In this document: one piece after another, positions 59,952-64,000 of the stretch
Layout: every line of letters starts with the position of its first letter
How positions within the stretch are numbered: the stretch's first letter is position 1
DNA from: Defluviicoccus sp.
GTDB taxonomy: Bacteria > Pseudomonadota > Alphaproteobacteria > MPNO01
Reading direction: 5' to 3'
Assembly (NCBI GenBank): GCA_022826125.1
Contig: JAJDVM010000217.1
Location: forward strand, 313-64,312
DNA length: 64,000 nt
Translations under genes and position numbers: made by a program
The notes under the pieces: generated by a model
Databases searched by the model: none
The model's input: the letters and a program-made list of their open reading frames with translations, nothing else
Told to the model about the DNA's origin: nothing

Positions 59952-60053
59952 CGGCTCCTGACTCCGTCCCGATCCCCGCCTTGAGGATCGGTGGGCGGAA
60001 CACTAGAGTGCCGGATCAGATAGCACAGCGGCTTTCGGATAGGAACCTTGGTC

Positions 60054-60293
60054 ATGGCGGAACCGGTCATCGCGCAGAAGGAGCCCTACGGCGTCGAGGT
60101 CGAGACGGGCAAGGAATATTGGTGGTGCGCCTGCGGGCGCAGCCAGTCCCAGCCGTTCTGCGACGGCTCTCACAAGGGTACCGGCCTCGCGCCCATGCAG
60201 TACGAGGCGAAGGCGGACCGGACGATCTGGTTCTGCGGCTGCAAGAGCACGTCCAACAGCCCGGTCTGCGACGGCACCCACAACGACCTCTAG
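60054..60293 (+). CDS. CDGSH iron-sulfur domain protein (two motifs)
   Basis: [14 protein letters not shown] and CGCK....PVCDGTH. Confidence 0.92.
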   Translation: MAEPVIAQKEPYGVEVETGKEYWWCACGRSQSQPFCDGSHKGTGLAPMQYEAKADRTIWFCGCKSTSNSPVCDGTHNDL

Positions 60294-60299
60294 CCCGGG

Positions 60300-60857
60300 A
60301 TGGCGCGTCCCCGGGGCTGCCCCGCCTTGCCGGCCCGCCGCAGGATCGCCGTCGCGCTGGCCGCGGCGTCGATACCGTTGCTGCTCTATGCCTGCGGCGG
60401 CGGGGACAGGTTCTCCCAAAGGATCTGCCCCCGGGTCCAGATCCTCGAATATGCCGACAGGCTGACCGAATTCGCCCAAGGGTCGGGGCGGGACCTCACC
60501 GATGTCGTGCTGAATGGCCGGCTGGTCAATTTCGACGGGGAATGCAACGTCGAGGACGACAGGGTCGAGCTGGACCTCGCGGTCGAGTTCGTTCTCGAGC
60601 GCGGGCCGGCGAACCGCGGCCGCGAGGGGCGTTTCGCCTATTTCGTCGCGATCCCCGAGTTCCACCCCGCCGAGCGCGGCAAACGGGTATTTCCCGTCGA
60701 GATGAAATTCGAGAGCGGCGCCAACCGGGTGCGCTATCGCGACGAGATCTCCATCGCGATACCGGTGACCGGACAGCGCGGCGCATCGGACTTCAACGTC
60801 TTCCTGGGTTTTCAACTGAGCCGAGACCAGCTCCGCTTCAACCGGTCCGGCGGTTGA
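60300..60857 (+). CDS. conserved hypothetical lipoprotein
   Basis: Lipobox LYAC, CP.V.IL..A..LT.F, RGPA, GFQL...QL.FNR. Confidence 0.75.
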   Translation: MARPRGCPALPARRRIAVALAAASIPLLLYACGGGDRFSQRICPRVQILEYADRLTEFAQGSGRDLTDVVLNGRLVNFDGECNVEDDRVELDLAVEFVLERGPANRGREGRFAYFVAIPEFHPAERGKRVFPVEMKFESGANRVRYRDEISIAIPVTGQRGASDFNVFLGFQLSRDQLRFNRSGG

Positions 60858-60920
60858 CGCGGATATACCGGCCCATTAGATAAGACCTGTCCGGCCCCGG
60901 GCCGGACGCTGCGCTACACA

Positions 60921-61118
60921 GACGACGCCTGCGGGAGAGTCCGGTTCATCACCGGCGCCGAAGGAGCAAGGGCCCCGGAAACTCTCAGGCAAACGGACCG
61001 CAGGTCGATGTGTCTCTGGAAAGCGGGCCGCTTCGCGGATAGGGGAGCGGCTCCACCGAAGGGGTAAGCGGAACCGCCAGGTTTCGTGAATCTCTCAGGT
61101 CCACGGACAGAGGGGGCG
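60921..61118 (+). ncRNA. tandem glycine riboswitch
   Basis: Two aptamers GGAGAG...CGAAGG...CTCTCAGG and GGAAAG...CCGAAGG...CTCTCAGG...GGACAGAG directly upstream of gcvT. Confidence 0.93.
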
Positions 61119-61158
61119 CGCGGCGCACTACGCGCGCGTGCTGTCCGTGGAGATTCCG

Positions 61159-62280
61159 ATGAACGAGCCCGAAGCCGCGGCGGCGAAAACGACCCCGCTG
61201 ACCGGTCTGCACCGGGAGCTCGGCGCCAGGATGGCGCCGTTCGCCGGCTACGACATGCCAATCCAATACGCCGGCGGCATCGTCGAAGAGCATTTGCATA
61301 CGCGAAGCGCCGCTTCGCTGTTCGACGTTTCGCATATGGGACAGCTCGTAATCCGGGGCGACGACCGGGTACGGGCGCTGGAGGCGCTGGTGCCGGGCGA
61401 CATCGCGGGGCTCTCGCCCGGCGGCATGCGCTACACGATGCTGACCGACGATTCCGGCGGCATTCTCGACGACCTCATCGTCACCGATGTCGGCACCTAT
61501 TTGTTCGTCGTCGCCAACGCGGCCTGCAAGGAGGACGACATCGCGCACATCCGCGCGGCGCTGCCGACGGGATGCGTGCTGGAGGAGCTCGACCGCGGGC
61601 TGGTGGCGCTCCAGGGTCCGAAGGCGGCCGCGGCGCTGACGGCTCTGGCGCCGGGCGCGGACGCGCTTCCCTTCATGACCGCGGCGCCCTTCGAGATCGA
61701 CGGCGTCAAGCTCGCCATTACTCGGTCCGGCTATACCGGCGAGGACGGGTTCGAGATCTCGATCCCCGCCGGGGACACCGAGCGGGTCGCCCGCATGCTG
61801 CTCGACCTGCCGGAAGTCCGGCCCGCCGGGCTCGGCGCGCGCGACACGCTGAGGCTGGAGGCCGGGCTCTGCCTCTATGGGCAGGATATCGACCGGACCA
61901 CCACGCCGGTCGAGGCGGGGCTCGCCTGGACCGTCGGCAAGCGGAGGCGGGCGGAGGGCGGCTTTCCCGGCGCCGGCGTCATCCTCGATCAGATAGCCTC
62001 GGGTCCGCCGCGCCGCCGCGTCGGTATCCGTCCGGACGGCCGGGCGCCGGCCCGCGCCCACACGACGGTGCGGGACGTCGGGGGCGAGGCCGTCGGGGAG
62101 ATCACCAGCGGCGGCTTCGGGCCGAGCGTCGGCGGTCCGGTGGCGATGGGCTACGTCGCCGCCGGGGCGAGCGAGGCGGGCCGGCCGGTCGAGGTCGTCG
62201 TCCGCGACAAGCCGCTTCCGGCGCGGATCGCGAAGCTGCCGTTCGTTCCGCACCGCTATTTCAAGGACAGGGGAGGGTAG
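61159..62280 (+). CDS. gcvT: glycine cleavage system T protein
   Basis: FAGYDMP, LFDVSHMG, RSGYTGEDGFE, GLGARDTLRLEAG. Confidence 0.96.
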   Translation: MNEPEAAAAKTTPLTGLHRELGARMAPFAGYDMPIQYAGGIVEEHLHTRSAASLFDVSHMGQLVIRGDDRVRALEALVPGDIAGLSPGGMRYTMLTDDSGGILDDLIVTDVGTYLFVVANAACKEDDIAHIRAALPTGCVLEELDRGLVALQGPKAAAALTALAPGADALPFMTAAPFEIDGVKLAITRSGYTGEDGFEISIPAGDTERVARMLLDLPEVRPAGLGARDTLRLEAGLCLYGQDIDRTTTPVEAGLAWTVGKRRRAEGGFPGAGVILDQIASGPPRRRVGIRPDGRAPARAHTTVRDVGGEAVGEITSGGFGPSVGGPVAMGYVAAGASEAGRPVEVVVRDKPLPARIAKLPFVPHRYFKDRGG

Positions 62281-62284
62281 GGCG

Positions 62285-62659
62285 ATGGCCGAACTCAGAT
62301 ACAGCGAGGAGCACGAGTGGGTGCGCGTGGAGGGCGATATCGCCGTGATCGGGATATCGGACTATGCGCAGGATCAGCTCGGCGACGTGGTGTTCGTCGA
62401 GCTCCCCGAACCCGGCCGCGCGGTGGCGAAGGGCGAGGAGGCCGCCGTCGTCGAATCGGTGAAGGCGGCGAGCGAGGTCTATGCCCCGGTGACCGGAGAG
62501 GTGGTGGAGGTCAACGAGCCCCTGGCCGACGACCCGGGCCTGGTCAACCGGGAACCCACCGCCGGCGGCTGGTTCATGAAGGTGCGGATGGCCGATCCGG
62601 GGGAGGTCGAGGCGTTGCTGGACGAAGCCGCCTACGACAGCTTCGTCTCCGCCCTCTGA
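62285..62659 (+). CDS. gcvH: glycine cleavage system H protein
   Basis: [23 protein letters not shown] lipoyl lysine. Confidence 0.97.
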   Translation: MAELRYSEEHEWVRVEGDIAVIGISDYAQDQLGDVVFVELPEPGRAVAKGEEAAVVESVKAASEVYAPVTGEVVEVNEPLADDPGLVNREPTAGGWFMKVRMADPGEVEALLDEAAYDSFVSAL

Positions 62660-62679
62660 AGCATCCGGGAGGCCGAGCG

Positions 62680-64000
62680 ATGCGCTATCTGCCGCTGACC
62701 GATGCCGACCGCCGGGCGATGCTCGCCTCGATCGGCGCGCCGTCCGTCGACAGCCTGTTCCGGGACGTGCCCGAAGTGGCCCGCGATCCGGTTTTCGATC
62801 TGCCCGATCACGCCGGGGAGATCGAGGTCGAGCGCGATCTCGGTGCGCTCGCCGCACGGAACGTCGCCGCCGGATCGGTCCCGTTCTTCCTCGGCGCCGG
62901 CGCCTACCGCCACCACGTTCCGGCAAGCGTGGACGCGCTGATCCAGCGGGGCGAATTCCTCACCTCCTACACGCCCTATCAGCCCGAGATTTCCCAGGGG
63001 ACGCTGCAGGCGCTGTTCGAATTCCAGACCCAGGTCGCGCTGATCGCGGGGCTCGATGTCGCCAATGCCTCGATGTACGACGGCGCGACCTCGTGCCTCG
63101 AGGCCGTCAGCATGGCGCTCCGGGTGACAAGGCGGCCGGGCGTGGTCCTGTCCGGCGCGCTCCATCCGCAATACCGCGAGGTGACGGAGACCGGTCTCAG
63201 GTACCTTTCCGCCGAGCTCGACTGCCCGCCGCCGGACTTCGACGGCACCGAGTCGCTCGTCGACCGGATCGACGCCGGGACCGCCTGCGTCGTCGTCCAG
63301 TATCCCGATTTCTTCGGCCGGGTGCGCGATCTGGCGCCGCTCGCCGAGGCGTGCCACGACGCCGGCGCGCTGCTCATCGTTGCGGTGACCGAGGTCGTGG
63401 CGCTCGGCGCGCTGAAATCGCCCGGGGAGATGGGCGCCGACATCGTCGCCGCCGAGGGCAAGTCGATCGGCAATCCGCTCACTTTCGGCGGACCCTATGT
63501 CGGCCTGTTCGCCTGCCGCGAGCGTCACGTCCGGCAGATGCCGGGGCGTCTGGCGGGAGAGGCGCTCGATGCCGACGGGAAGCGCGGCTGGGTGCTGACG
63601 CTGGCGACGCGCGAGCAGCACATCCGGCGCGAGAAATCGACCAGCAACATCTGCACCAACTCGGGCCTCTGCGCGCTCGCCTTCACCATCCATCTGAGCC
63701 TGCTCGGCGAAGAAGGGTTTTCCCGGCTTGCGCGCCTGAACCATGCGAGAGCCGCGATGCTCGCCGACCGGCTCGACGCGATCCCCGGGGCGGAAGTGGC
63801 GAACGACAGCTTCTTCAACGAGTTCACGCTGCGCCTCGACCGGCCCGCGGCCGAGGTGGTGGACGAGCTCGCCGGTCGCGGGGTGCTCGCCGGCGTCCCG
63901 GTTTCCCGACTCCTGCCCGGCGAGCCGGAAGCGGCGCCGTTCCTGCTGGTCGCCGCGACCGAGACTGTGGACGAAGGGGATATCGCGGCCCTCGAAGCCG
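62680..64000 (+). CDS. gcvPA: glycine dehydrogenase subunit 1 (partial, runs off window end)
   Basis: [52 protein letters not shown]. Confidence 0.95.
   Translation, partial: MRYLPLTDADRRAMLASIGAPSVDSLFRDVPEVARDPVFDLPDHAGEIEVERDLGALAARNVAAGSVPFFLGAGAYRHHVPASVDALIQRGEFLTSYTPYQPEISQGTLQALFEFQTQVALIAGLDVANASMYDGATSCLEAVSMALRVTRRPGVVLSGALHPQYREVTETGLRYLSAELDCPPPDFDGTESLVDRIDAGTACVVVQYPDFFGRVRDLAPLAEACHDAGALLIVAVTEVVALGALKSPGEMGADIVAAEGKSIGNPLTFGGPYVGLFACRERHVRQMPGRLAGEALDADGKRGWVLTLATREQHIRREKSTSNICTNSGLCALAFTIHLSLLGEEGFSRLARLNHARAAMLADRLDAIPGAEVANDSFFNEFTLRLDRPAAEVVDELAGRGVLAGVPVSRLLPGEPEAAPFLLVAATETVDEGDIAALEA

Overview
High-GC alphaproteobacterial chromosome segment (gene order looks Rhodospirillales-like; taxonomy is inference). 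Most of it is housekeeping backbone: polyamine-type ABC transporter, tRNA-Gln, ppx-rlmE-guaB-guaA, yfgM-bamB-der, cfa-dnaB-alr-mlaEF-radA-cvpA-purF, thrC, dsbD, rnhA-thrB-ispH, and a tandem glycine riboswitch before gcvT-gcvH-gcvPA. Positions 1-6.55 kb form a defence/mobile island. It holds an IS1595-family transposon whose passenger genes are chained by ATGA overlaps, including a methyltransferase-HNH fusion that appears to have lost its catalytic DPPF motif in frame. The transposon abuts the 3' remnant of a probable surface-lipoprotein gene. A decayed toxin-antitoxin pair follows, then a restriction endonuclease/M.PvuII-like methyltransferase operon whose predicted promoter carries an alphaproteobacterial LexA box. 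Other notable items: a 148-bp duplication of the coxM-like promoter and 5' end flanking a foreign mini-cassette; an Mrr_N + Fic islet; a deletion fusing the start of a PIN toxin to the end of a HigB toxin between two orphan antitoxins; an Lpp/OprI-like lipoprotein facing an L,D-transpeptidase; a perfect parS between REP-like repeats; DnaA boxes upstream of dnaB. All family calls come from motif recognition by eye, not database searches.
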